This document shows positions 11,691 to 24,224 of a stretch of DNA of 64,000 bases, one piece after another. Within the stretch, counting starts at the first letter, position 1. Each line of letters begins with the position of its first letter. The position numbers and the translations under genes were made by a program. Below the pieces are notes generated by a model, which was given only the letters and a program-made list of their open reading frames with translations, did not search any database and was not told the origin of the DNA. The stretch covers positions 6,820,001 to 6,884,000 of the forward strand of contig NC_042999.1 in assembly GCF_006345805.1 (NCBI RefSeq). The letters run 5' to 3'. The stretch is from Octopus sinensis (taxonomy: Eukaryota).

Positions 11691-12967
11691 GATAAAATAA
11701 TGATTTTAATTTCCCGACGTATATGAAATCCCCACCAGCCTCCTCTTCACCAATTCACATCGTTCGTAAGAGAGAAAGAATTACTTTTAAAAAATATGTA
11801 ATGAAAAATAAAAATTCTTAATTGTCAGCTAAAACTTCTTCAACAGTTTTGTGTTCTGAAAATTGTTTTATTCTCAACAAAATAATGCCTATAACATGTT
11901 TCTAAAATTAAACTTCACGAATAATATTGGTAAAGCAGTTTTAAAATATTGGCGAGAGTGTTTTAATATTCATTAGATGTCGGATGCGCTATGTGTCGTC
12001 GACCTTACGTTAGCTTTATTTGAAGAGGTCATTTGTATGAGATAATGATTTCAAATTCAAAATAGATGATTCCTTCCCCTCCCCATTTATAATAGCAGAA
12101 GAACGCTATTAAAAGAACGAATATGTCAAAGGTGCCAATTCTAGTGGTGAAATTAAGTAGCCTATCATATTGCTTAGAGAATGATTATAAGATGACCACC
12201 TAGCTAAGCAAACTACTAACGTCTACTATATTATTGCACAATAACCAACACAATACCGAAATTGGTATTAATGTGTGAATGAAGTATCAAATTAATCACA
12301 GCTTGCGACTGCACATATCTCTGCTAGACGCTGCCATGTTAGCGATGCCATATTATTCAATTAGCTGCATCTCAGAACTAAGAACATGAAATAAATTTCA
12401 TGCTATTCATCTTCTTATCTTTTTTTTTCTTCTTATTGTTTTGTTTTGGTCTGTTTTATGTTTTGAGTAATTTACTCGTCGCTGCTGATGAGAAGAATTA
12501 CTGAATTAGCATCAAATAATGGTCTGGCATGAGTTTCAACAACTTTCAGAAGCCATAAACATAGAGAAAGTGCCAGATGATAGTTAGACCATTGTCGCTG
12601 ATGTCGCCACTCCTCTTTATATTATGGAATTAATTATAGTGATGAAGATAATGATATCATAATTAAATCTAATTACAATTCTCTAAGTTGAAAAACTTCC
12701 AATACTCCCAGCTGAAGAATTTATTATTCCATTTCAATCAACAGAATCGTTTTGTCAATAAGAAACCCAAATACGATTGATCCTTGAAAAATAAAATTGC
12801 TTTATTTGAAATATGTTTAATTGTTATTTTTGATGAAATGGTAAATAAGATTTAGGAACTATCTTTCGACTTGCGGATCGATTTAGACAACCAGTTGGAT
12901 GCTTATTAGATTTCGATGGCCTATTCATCTTGGTATATTTGTAAATCTATGCATGCCTTGATATTGG

Positions 12968-13445
12968 CATTAAAATTTGGCACAAGGCTAGCAGTTTCGT
13001 GGCAGAGTGTAAGTCGATTACATGAACTCCAGTAATCGATTGGTGCTTTGTTTATCGCCCAAAAGGGTGGAAGTCAAAGTCAATACCAGTAGTATTTGAA
13101 CACGGAACGCAAAACCGAAAGAAATGCTGTTAAACATTTTGTCCGGCGCCGAAACGATTCTGCCAGCTCACCGCCTTATGTACAGGGTGGTCCGAAAGTC
13201 TTGTCACTCCGCTGCCGAAAAGTAATAAGAACAATAGAGGGATAATATAGTAATTATTTCTTTATTGCCCATAGAAGGCTAAACATAGAGGGAACAAACA
13301 AGGACAGATAAAGGGATTAAGTCGATTATATCGACCCCAGTGCATAACTGGTACTTATTTAATCGACCCCGAAAGGATGAAAGGCAAAGTCGACCTCGGC
13401 GGAATTTGAACTCAGAACGTAACGGTAGACGAAATACGGCTAAGC
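12968..13445 (-). mobile_element. SINE family B copies (old B1 at 12968-13178; truncated B2 at 13255-13445)
   Basis: Family B core and tails on the minus strand. Confidence 0.75.
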
Positions 13446-13449
13446 AAAA

Positions 13450-14880
13450 GTATTCCCATATTTATCTATTCAAAATGTACAAGCAAAAGTAGAAAAAAAG
13501 TGCTGAATACCTACGATAAATGTGTAAAACAAGGAAAATACGATTGATTGACAGGAATTTTTGACATCACAAAGGAAAACGGCGAATGGCTGTGCAGTGA
13601 GGATGGAAGGTTATATTATCTTCAAATTGAAAGCAAGGGACAGGTTGGGTATGCAACTAGAAAGGCAGCCAGTTCCAAAACTACCCATCCGTCCAAAAGA
13701 AGATAAGTGTCCTTAATGCCAACTTCAACCAGAGCACCCCCAGTGTCATCGTCAGCGTCTGAAGTAGAGACTGAAAGTGAATATCAAGAGTCTGAAAAAT
13801 CAGTTGAAGAATTCACACAAACAAGGAGGAAATGTAGCAAAACTGGAACTCCAACCAAGTTAGTAATATCCTCCAAGCTATCCAACTAAAAAGCAGCAAC
13901 ATTTTGTCGTCAATTATCAGAAGATGGAATCAATGTCGAGGCTCCTTCCCAATCTGGTATTTACAAATCGACCATCAAAGAAGTTGTTAAACTAAAAAAG
14001 AAAATGAAGAAAACACTACATTTAGAAAACTGGTCATTGCATTTTGATGGTAAACGTATTGATGACCAAGAATACCAAGTGCTAGTTTTAAAGAATGAAC
14101 AGAAGGAAGTTAAGTTAGAAGGACTCCAATTATCAAAGGGTAAAGCCGAGATACTGTTGTGCCAGGAATAACAGCTGTTTCAGATGAATACAATTTATTG
14201 AACTGTGTAAAGATGATTGTCGCTGATACAACAAGTGTGAACACTGGGAAAAGAGATGACATTGTCATTCAGTTGTAAAGACTGTTTGCTCAAAAGGGTT
14301 AGAAAGAACCGCAATTTATTGGTTGTCAGGATCAGATCATTGATAGAGTTCTTCGTGTTGTAATGGATAACGAACTTGGAGAAAAAGTCATCTCCCAATA
14401 TTGAATATACATTCATCCCAGAGCCTCTAAGTAATTACGAGAAACACCTGGCTAATTTCAATAATGGCGAAGAAAAGATTACTGAGTCAGCGGAACAGCG
14501 AGATGACATGAAGTTTCTATTTCATTTGACCAGAGTTTTTCATTTCTTTGAAGAAACCGGCAAATTTCCTACTGTAAAGTTTCAAAAAATATCCAACATA
14601 AGAAGTAATGCAAGATGGAATTCTCGAGCAATGCTAGCTCTTTTGGTATTTATTCTTCTGTCGATTCATCTCTTACAACTGGGTAGATTTTTGTCTTACT
14701 GACCAAATGTTCAATGCACACGGTTATCAGAAGTTATGTGGTAGGCTGCAAGTTCATAAGAAAGCATTGGACTCTGTAAAAAGACGTTTTTGGAGTCGAG
14801 AACAATCAAAGCTGTAAATTCTAAGAACAAATCAGTGCAGAACGGGCAATCAAGTGGCTTCGAGAACTTTATGATGTTTA
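13450..14880 (+). pseudogene. Degenerate DDE transposase, hAT superfamily (hATm-like)
   Basis: Across stops and frameshifts: WSLHFDGK (LHFDGK at 14037-14054), MIVADTTSVNTG (~14215-14248), FIGCQDQIIDRVL, NARWNS (~14607-14624), AERAIK (~14838-14856). Motif order matches the LHxDGK / DTTxxNTG / CxHH / ARW / AER pattern of hATm-type transposases. Confidence 0.72.
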
Positions 14881-15697
14881 TAAAAGGGAGAAACTTCAGC
14901 TTCGATTTATTTTATCTAACAAAACATATTAATTCTTTGTTTTGTTTAAAAATTTGCTTACATTCAACACCTTTTTTTATATAGTTATTTAAAATTAGAA
15001 TTAAACCCATAAAGTTAAAAATATGTTTTATTTTTAATTTTGTATCTTATCGAATGCTTGTAGTGGCATCTGTCTTAAAATAGCCTTGTTTTGAACCTTT
15101 GCATAGAGCAATTTCAAATTCAGTAATCTTAAAAATGCATAAATACACTTTTATTTCGCATCTCTCTTGAGTTTACAAGAATTTAAGCAGCGGAAATTTA
15201 GTGCCACCAAGTGATTATAATTTTAGAAGCCCATAACTCGGAAACTAATTCAACTAGAAAGCTGAAATTTCAGATATACTATTTCTGCATTGCATTGAGT
15301 CAGCACAACAAGTTTGCTAACATTTTGAGCTGGGGTTATGAAAACCCCTAGAATTTTGCATGATTTGGGTGAAAAGTGGTGATTGATTTCTTAAATTGGG
15401 GTGACGCTTTTCTCAAATAAAGCGAAATAAATGTTAGTTTTGTGACTTTTTTGAAATTTTTCATAGAATTAAAGTATAGGGTTATTAGGTTCTGAAAAAG
15501 TCATGTGCATGTGTATGTATGTATGTGTGTGTGTGTCTTTGAGTCTGTGTTTGTTACTCTACCGCTTCAAGAGAGGAATATGTATTGGGGTCGATCGATT
15601 TGTTCGACTAAAAGCTTTCAAATAGGGGCTCCAAAATGGCCGCAATCCAATAATTAAACCAGCTAAAAGAAGGAAAAGGAAGATAATGTAAATATCA

Positions 15698-16135
15698 TGA
15701 GAGAGGGAGAGAGAAAGAGGAGAGCGAAAAAGAGAAAATGGGAGAGAGAGAAAGGGTGAGAGAGGAAGAGAAAGAGACTGAGAGAGAGAAAAAGAGAAGG
15801 AAATGGAGAGAGAGGGGAAAGAGAAAGAGAGGGGAATGAGAAAGAGAGGGAGAGAAAAAGAGAGAAAGGGAGAGAGGAAAAAGAGAGCGAAAGAAAGAGA
15901 AAGAGAGAAAGAAAAGGAAAGGGAGATGGAGAGAGAGGGGAACGAGAAAGAGAGGGAGAGAAAAAGAGAGAAAAGGAGAGAGGGTGAGATAGAAGAAAAG
16001 AGAGAGAGGGGAAAGAGAAAGAGAGGAAGAGAAAAAGAGAGAAAGGGAGAGAGGGTGAGAGAGAAGAAAAGAGAGAGAAAGAGAATGAAAGGGAGAGAGA
16101 TATGGGGAGATGGTGAGAGAGAGAGCGAGAGAGAG
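15698..16135. repeat. Degenerate purine-rich (GA/GAA) tract
   Basis: About 440 bp of almost only G and A on the plus strand. Confidence 0.9.
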
Positions 16136-16452
16136 CTTTTGTTGTGTTTTCACTAGACATGAGTAGCCAGTTACGGTGAGTAGAATAGTCCTGTGTTGTA
16201 TTTTCCTTTGTGCTTCATTGATTAACTTTCCGGAAACGGCTGATCTCGGACAAGTTATCGAGCCAACTCTTTTCCAACTTCTACTGTCAGGGCTTCGTGA
16301 CCTTACCGAAATTTTCCTGAATCGTATCGCTTCTAGTCTTCCTACTGCAAATCCATACTCAACATAGAGAAGCTGGATTAGTGGATTAGCCCAGAATATA
16401 TTTTAATATCTGCATAATAATAATAATAATAATAATAACAACAACAACAACA

Positions 16453-16486
<34 letters not shown>

Positions 16487-16769
16487 AATAATATATATAT
16501 ATATATTTATATATATATACACACATGTTATGTATTCTATGTGTTTCAGCCCACGTATATATAAGTCTATGTGTGTATGTATGTATATATGTATAATAGT
16601 TATTACTAGTGTACGATTTATCTTATACCATGTGTTTTTGAGAAGCTGGAGATAGTGAAGCTGCTTACACAACGATTGAACTTTCTTCAAATTGATTCTT
16701 TGATGTTCTGCTTTTTCTTTCAAAAGATTTTTTAATGTAGTTGATAATATTTAATTTAAATAATCCATA

Positions 16770-17172
16770 GGCGCAGGTGTGGCTGTGTGGTAAGTAGCTT
16801 GCTTACCAACCATATGGTTCCGAGTTCAGTCCAACTGCGTGGCACCTTGGGCAGATGTCTTCTTCTATAGTCTCAGGCCAGCCAAAGCCTTGTAAGTGGA
16901 TTTGGTAGACAGAAACTGAAAGAAGCCCGTCGTATATATATATACATACATACATACATACATACATGTATGTATGTATGTATGTATGTATGTATGTATG
17001 TATTATGTATGTATGTATGTATGTATGTATGTATGATTGTATGTATGTATGTATGTATGTATGTATGTATGTATGTATGATTGTATGTATGTATGTATGT
17101 ATGTGTTTGTCTGTGTTTGCCCCACCACCATCGCATGACAACCGATGTTAGTGTGTTTACGTCCCCGTAACT
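16770..17172 (+). mobile_element. SINE family A, 3'-truncated, internal (TA)/(TATG)n
   Basis: GGCGCAGGTGTGGCTGTGTGG head; stops after CCCGTAACTTA. Confidence 0.85.
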
Positions 17173-17331
17173 TATAAATAGTCCTGGATTGACTGAATTA
17201 TGATTTATTCTTCAGTTTCAATTTTATGAATAATTTCACGGGCATATGACATAGTGCACGGGCTACTAATCACAAGTTTCCGAGTTCGATTCCAGGCAGG
17301 GACCTGAATGATGATGATGATGATGATGATG

Positions 17332-17366
<35 letters not shown>

Positions 17367-17609
17367 TTCTTAGGAGATCTGAAGATATTGCAGCCTGTTA
17401 CAATGTTGCTGGCGATGTTATACTTAACACTGCATTCGGCTTATTGTCTCAACTGTTCAGTGGACATTATTAGAATTGTTTATTAACAGAACTTTCGTTC
17501 CATCATGACTTAAGGTTTTCTTTCTTCTTCGATTTATCTTCTGCAATTCTTACTTGTTTTTTTCCTCTGATAAACACTGTTCACTATCAAATTCCAATAT
17601 TTAAATGGT

Positions 17610-18040
17610 GTAAAGCGGGGAACTGGCAGGAACGTTGCCGCTCTGCGGCATTTCGTCCATCTTCATGTTCTGAGTTCAAATTCCGCCGAGGTCGACTTTG
17701 CCTTTCATATTTTCAGGATCGTTGAAATAAGTACCAGTTGAGCACTGGGATCGATGTAATCGACTTAGCCCCTCCCCCGAAAATTGCTGGCCCTGTGCCA
17801 AAATTTGAAATCAATATTTACCAATAATAAGGCGATGAACTGACAGAAACGCTACCATGCCGGGCAAAATGCTTGGCGGCATTTTATCCATTTTCTCAAT
17901 CTGTGTTCAAATTCTGCCGAGTTCGACTTGCTTTTCATCCTTTCAGGGTCGATAAAATAAGTACCATGGTAGAACACCGGGGTCGATGTAAACGACTTAA
18001 CCTCTTCCCTCAACTTTGTTCCAAAATTTGAAATCAATAT
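17610..18040 (+). mobile_element. Two adjacent SINE B1 copies
   Basis: Both carry the family B head and core and the B1-type tail (AGCCCCTCCCCCGAAAATTGCTGGCCCTGTGCCAAAATTTGAAA-like). Confidence 0.8.
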
Positions 18041-18227
18041 TCATACGGTGTCTTGTTTGAGACATTTTGAAACCTCACGTGATGTTTTCTACCCGTAATT
18101 ATTTCCAACGTCGAATTCTTGAGAAAATTTTAATCTGTCGAGAAAACTTGAAAGTTGTGGTTCTTAACACTTCTCTTATACACTTGTAAGTAACAGAGTT
18201 CTTGTATTTTATCAGCCAAGTTCTACT

Positions 18228-18395
18228 AGGCGCAGGAGTGGCTATGTGGTAAGTAGCTTGCTTACGACCCACATGGTTCCGGAATCAGTCCCACTGCGTG
18301 GCTCCTTGGGCAAGTGTCTTCTACTATAGCCTCGGGCCGACCAAAGCCTTGTGAGTGGATTTGGTAGACGGAAACTGAAAGAGGCCCGTTGTATG

Positions 18396-18484
<89 letters not shown>

Positions 18485-18747
18485 GCAAGATTTTTTATGT
18501 CAAGTCGTGTGTTGAAACAGATATTGTTATATTTCGGAATGGCTGACGGTTAGTAAGGAGAGACACAAATAAGTGGGAAGAAAGCAAAGGACCACTGATG
18601 CGGTCACAGGCGTGTGACGAAAGAACTCTGGCCGAAATAAGATTAAGATTAATGTAAAGAATAAATAACACTGAAGCAAAGTAACACCAAATATATAGTG
18701 CGTGTGTTTTTATTGGCTAAACTGGCAATATGACCATTCCGAAATGT

Positions 18748-18795
<48 letters not shown>

Positions 18796-18985
18796 ATATG
18801 TTTGTGAGTCTGTGTTTGTCCCCCCAACATCGCTTGACAACCGATGCTGGTGTGTTTACGTCCCCGTAACTTAGCGGTACTAGGCTTACAAAGAATAAGT
18901 CCTGGGGGGCGATTTGCTCGACTAAAGGCGGTGTTCCAGCAGGGCCACAGTGAAATGACTGAAACAAGTAAAAGAGTAAAGAGTA
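18228..18985 (+). mobile_element. SINE family A with a Penelope-like insert (18478-18755) in its (TA)n
   Basis: Head 18228-18395, tail 18790-18985; insert has 22-bp inverted arms (18521-18542 / 18734-18755) and a degenerate hammerhead at 18589-18633. Confidence 0.75.
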
Positions 18986-19476
18986 AGAGTAGTATGCCTG
19001 TGGATCTGAGGTTTGAATTTCCCTTTTTTTTGAGGAAGCTTACAGTCACTAAGGGATCTTATTTCTCGACAGTGTCACCATTGTGAGGTAAGTTTATTGT
19101 TTACAATCATCATTTGTTTACAAAGATAGATTTTGCCGATGTTAATGTGGAGATTCATATCTTGTTAGGGAAATCGCATTGAAGATCTTAGTCCATGTAA
19201 GGCCTACAAAACGTGATAGTTATATCATAGGATCAACAAAGGCCTCGAGCTGGCTGACAAAATACTTGGCAGAATTCATCAGTCTTTATGTTCTGCGTTC
19301 AAATTCCAGTGAGAGCGACTTTGCTTTTCATCCATTCGTTTCGGGGTCGATAAAATAAGTACCTGTTGAGTAATGGAGTCAATGTAGTCGTCTTAGCAAA
19401 ATGTGAAACCAATATCATAGTATTAACAGATACCTAACTTTAGCTGAAGTCATGTGCGCCTGCGTAAGCAGAAAAA

Positions 19477-19625
<149 letters not shown>

Positions 19626-20763
19626 GTAAAATAGGAAGAGAAAGATAGGCCCAGTGAGTTCAGAAAAATTGGATGTAAGATTCAACTCTGAAAACGCAAA
19701 CTTAATTGCTAAAGATTTGAGGAAATCTTTGAGCGTCTGAAATTTTTAAAACAATGTCTCACAATTTGACCAAATATTTTCATCATAGTTTACACCCAAG
19801 GGGGCACGTTTGAGTAAACTTGTGCAGCATAGGATTCTAACTGCTGTCATTTTGTTTTTCTGTATACCAGGGATCACATTTTTTAAAGCGTACTTCCTGT
19901 TGTATGATAATTAGAGCATTGAAAAAGTATTTGTTAGACAGCGCAATAATAATCTCGCTGTATGCGATTCTATTGTTGTATTTAAGAAAGCTGGCTTGGT
20001 GTGATAGCGTAAATGAACAGCCGTCTGTTTCCATTTAAAACACTTCACTATCAATGCCCAGGACTAGCAAGCTATGTATAAGTGTAACAGATCTTAAAAC
20101 ATTAACTCCTAACTTCATATACAACATAGTATCACAGAGCTGCATCAATTAGCCAATTCTGAAACGCATGATATCACAAGAGTCTTACTAACCTTGTCGA
20201 CAAAAATTTTGAAGCAAGTGTCTAATGTATTCTGTATCAGAATCATTACAAGAGAGGTGTGTTTGATTTAGATTTTCGCCATAATATTGGTTTCAAATTC
20301 TGGCACAAGGCCGGCAATTTCGGGGGAGGGGTTAGTCGATTACATGGACCCAAGAGTTCAACTGGTACTTAATGTATCGACTCCCGAAAGGATTAAAGGC
20401 AAGGTCAATTTCGTCGGAATTTGAACATTTCTGACAATATTTAGAGTTAAGCAATACTGTAGACATTCCAAGGACTTGCGCGAGGCTGCTGTAACTGAGT
20501 TCGAGTCTAGTTGTGGGTCTTGGCTTTTTCCAATGAGAGATCAATCATTTTAAGTCTTCTCTTGAATTATTGCATGGAAATCGATTCTTCAAAGTAGTTC
20601 CAATGCCTCAGGCGGATAACAACATCGATTGATGTCACACAGCTGGCATAAATCTTTAGCCTCCTTCATTTCTTTTTTTTTTTGCACGATGATGATGATG
20701 ATGATAATGATGATGATGATAATGATGATGATGATAATGATGATGATGATGATGATGATGATG

Positions 20764-20795
<32 letters not shown>

Positions 20796-20897
20796 CAACA
20801 GCAGCAATAAAAAATATTGTGAACACCGTAACCGCAATGCACAAAATAGTGAAATATGACAAATCACCCCTTCATTTATTTACCTCCCTCCCTCCCC

Positions 20898-20932
<35 letters not shown>

Positions 20933-21138
20933 CCCCCCCACACACACACATATACACGCGCTCGCGCACACGCACACAGACGTACATACAAAGCGGGTGA
21001 GAAACTTCAAGTTTAAAATCGATTGCAAGTCACGAACTCAGCTCAATGTTGAAGTGATTCCTGTTTCTACTGAATCGGTTCCTTACATATACAGGGCATA
21101 TCACACAAACACACACATACACACACACACACACAACA

Positions 21139-21182
<44 letters not shown>

Positions 21183-21343
21183 ACTCAAAACACCCATAAT
21201 GATGATGATGATGATGATGATGATGACGATAAAGAAAACGAAAGTGAGAAATGAATCTTCTATGCCTGAGACCGGAACCTCCTTCATTTTTCAATGGCGG
21301 TGCCCCAGCATGGCCACAGCCTCAGAGATGAAACATATATAAG

Positions 21344-21757
21344 GCGGCGAGCTGGCAGAAACGTTAGCACGCCATGTGAAATGCTTTGCGGTATTTCGTC
21401 CGCTGCTGCGTTCTGAGTTCAAATTCCGCCGAGGTCGACTTTGCATTTCATCCTTTCGGGGTCGATTAAATAAGTACCAGTTACGCACTGGGGTCGATAT
21501 AATAGACTTAATCCATGTGTCTGTCCTTGTTTATCCCCTCTGTGTGTAACCCCTTGTGGGTAATAAAGAAATAGGTATTTCGTCTGTCTTTATGTTGTGA
21601 GTTCAAATTCCGCCGAGGTCGACTTTGCCTTTCATCCTTTCGGGGTCGATAAATTAAGTACCAGTTATGCACTGGGGTCGATGTAATCGACTTAATCCGT
21701 TTGTCTGTCCTTGTTTGTCCCCTCTGTATGTAGCCCGTTGTGGGTAATAAGGAAATA
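21344..21757 (+). mobile_element. SINE B array: head + 2 bodies
   Basis: Junction AAAGAAATA|GGTATTTCG at 21573/21574; second body 184 bp. Confidence 0.88.
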
Positions 21758-21929
21758 TATAAAAGAATAAGGGCACAGGTATAGTTTTATCAACAGAGGA
21801 GGGATGAAAGGCAAAGTTGTCCTTAGTGGGATTTGAACCGACAACATAAAACAGCCGAAATAAACACGACTGGGTACTTTCCGGCGTTCTACCGATTAAA
21901 CCTGTTGTCCCTGCACTAAAATTGAAAAT

Positions 21930-22510
21930 AATATTGATTTCAGGTTTTGGCCAACTATTTCGATGGTGTGGATAAGTCGATTATATCGACCCCAGTGCGT
22001 AACTGGTACTTAATTTATCGACCCCGAAAGGATGAAAGGCAAAGTCGACCTCGGTGAAATTTGAACTCACAACGTAACGGCAGACGAAATACCTATTTCT
22101 TTATTATCCACAAGGGGCTACACACAGAGGGGACAAACAAGGACAGACAAAGAGATTAAGTCGATTACATCGACCCCAGTACGCAACGGGTACTTAATTT
22201 ATCGACCTCGAAAGGGTGAAAGGCAAAGTCGACCTCGGTGAAATTTGAACTCAGAACGTAACGGCAGACGAAATACCTATTTCTTTATTACTCACAAGGG
22301 GCTACACACAGAGGGGACAAACAAGGACAGACGAAAGGATTAAGTCGATTACATCGACCCCAGTGCGTAACTGATATTTAATTAATCAACCCTGAAAGGA
22401 TAAAAGGCAAAGTCGACCTCGGCGGAATTTGATCTCAGAACGTAACGGCAGACGAAATACGGTTACGCATTTCGCCCGGTGTGCTAACGTTTCTGCTAGT
22501 TCGCCGCCCT
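21930..22510 (-). mobile_element. SINE B array: head + 2 B2 bodies + terminal B1-like body
   Basis: Junctions at 22093/22094 and 22277/22278 (184 bp apart). Confidence 0.88.
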
Positions 22511-23344
22511 AAAACAGAAAATGTATTCATCGTAAGTGAGTTAATGTTGATCAAATTATCGATCAAAATTTGATGATGGCGGCCGTAACAAGAAATACGA
22601 AGAGAGTAATAAATGATGATGATGATGATGACGATTGTGATGATTATGATGATGAGAACGATGACGACAACGACGATGATAACAATGATAACATTTCTTA
22701 AACCACAGAAAGAAAAAAACCCACATCGCTTTCAGAGGAAAATATCATCGTGTTAATCACAGTTGATCGATTAAATAAAAATGCCTTTTGAAGGGGAAAT
22801 AAAATAATTACCTAAATTAACAGATTTCAAAGGAAAAAATAAATAAAAATAATTGGGAAAATAGAAACAAAAAGAAATGAAAACCCATTGAAGACTAGGT
22901 TCGATTGAAACCCTGTCATCTAGATTATTACGGCATCAAAGATAATGGAGATTCACAACCGAATTCCACAAAGGTGCTGACAAAATAATCAAACCAAATT
23001 TAGTAAAGATCGAATGCTTGGTTTTTAGAATTACATTGTATTTTAGTTTCAATCATTGGAAATATAATTGCTTTGGCAATTATGTTCCGATTATCGTTTT
23101 TCATTATTTTACGAGAGAGGGCGCTTCTGAAGGATAGATTCAGCAAAGCGTCAGACAAATGTGCATCAAGTGAGTGATGCCTCCCCCATTTTTGTTTTTT
23201 TTCTTTGGTTACGTTTCTCAGTTCAAATACTTCGAAGGTTAATTCTTGTCTTTCATCATTCCTGGGTCGATAAAATAGTACTTGTCAATTATTAGGGACA
23301 TTTTTATCGACTGAACCTTTCCTTTAAAATTCCTGACTTGTATT

Positions 23345-23915
23345 GCGGCAAGCTGGCAGAAACGTTAGCACGCCGGGCGAGATGCTTAGTGGCATTTCGT
23401 CTGCCGCTGCGTTCTGAGTTCAAATTCCGCCCAACGTCGACTTTACCTTTCATCCTTTCCGCGTCGATAAATTAGTACCAGTTACGCACTGGGGTCGATG
23501 TAATCGACTTAATCCGTTTGTCTGTCCTTGTTTGTCTCCTCTGTGTTTAGCCCCTTGTAGGTAGTAAAGAAATAGGTATTTCGTCTGCCGCTACGTTCTG
23601 AGTTCAAATTCCGCCGAGGTCGACTTTACCTTTCATCCTTTCGGGGTCGATAAATGAAGTACCAGTTACACACTGGCGTCGATATAATCGACTTAATACG
23701 TTTGTCTGTCCTTATTTGTCCTCTCTGTGTTTAACCCCTTGTGGGCAGTAAAGAAATAGGTATTTCGTATGTCTTTATGTTCTGAGTTCAAATTCGACTT
23801 TGCCTTTCATCCTTTTGGGGTCGATAAAGTAAGTACAAGTTACATACTGGAGTTGAGCTAATCGACTGGCCCCCTCCCCACCAAAACATTTCGGGCCTTG
23901 TGCCTACAGTAGAAA
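23345..23915 (+). mobile_element. SINE B array: head + 2 B2 bodies + terminal B1 body
   Basis: Junctions at 23574/23575 and 23758/23759 (184 bp apart); last tail GGCCCCCTCCCCACC..GGGCCTTGTGCC. Confidence 0.88.
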
Positions 23916-24224
23916 AGAATAGTTTTTAATTGTGACTTAGGCAGAAATTATTTCTCTAATGTGACGGCGAGAAACAGAATATAGAAGTCTTTTATTATTC
24001 ATATTATCATTATTAATATTTGATCTTTCATTCTTTCAGGGTCGCTAAAATATTATCAGCTGTGTACTGGGGCGATGTAATCAACTTAGCCCCCCCCGAA
24101 ATTGCTGGCCTTGTGCTAAAATTTCGTTCGTGCATGCTAATTTGGTTGGCAAGTATTTTTACCTTGAGGTTTGCTGACAATAAATCTCCTCAAATCTCAA
24201 GAATCTTTCTCAGAATTCTTGCAG

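Noticed and set aside
12481-12530. CTGATGA as a hammerhead core (also at ~8362 and ~41200)
   Set aside because: No stem II, GAAA or cleavage triplet in the required arrangement.
13181-13215. CAGGGTGGTCCGAAAGTC as the left end of the hATm-like element
   Set aside because: No matching right end found; equally similar to the Tc1/mariner MITE TIR at 50821.
15663-16160. Long low-complexity ORFs (poly-S/L/F, E/R/K; elsewhere poly-YI, HT, I, D, N)
   Set aside because: They are translations of microsatellites and purine tracts with no domain content.
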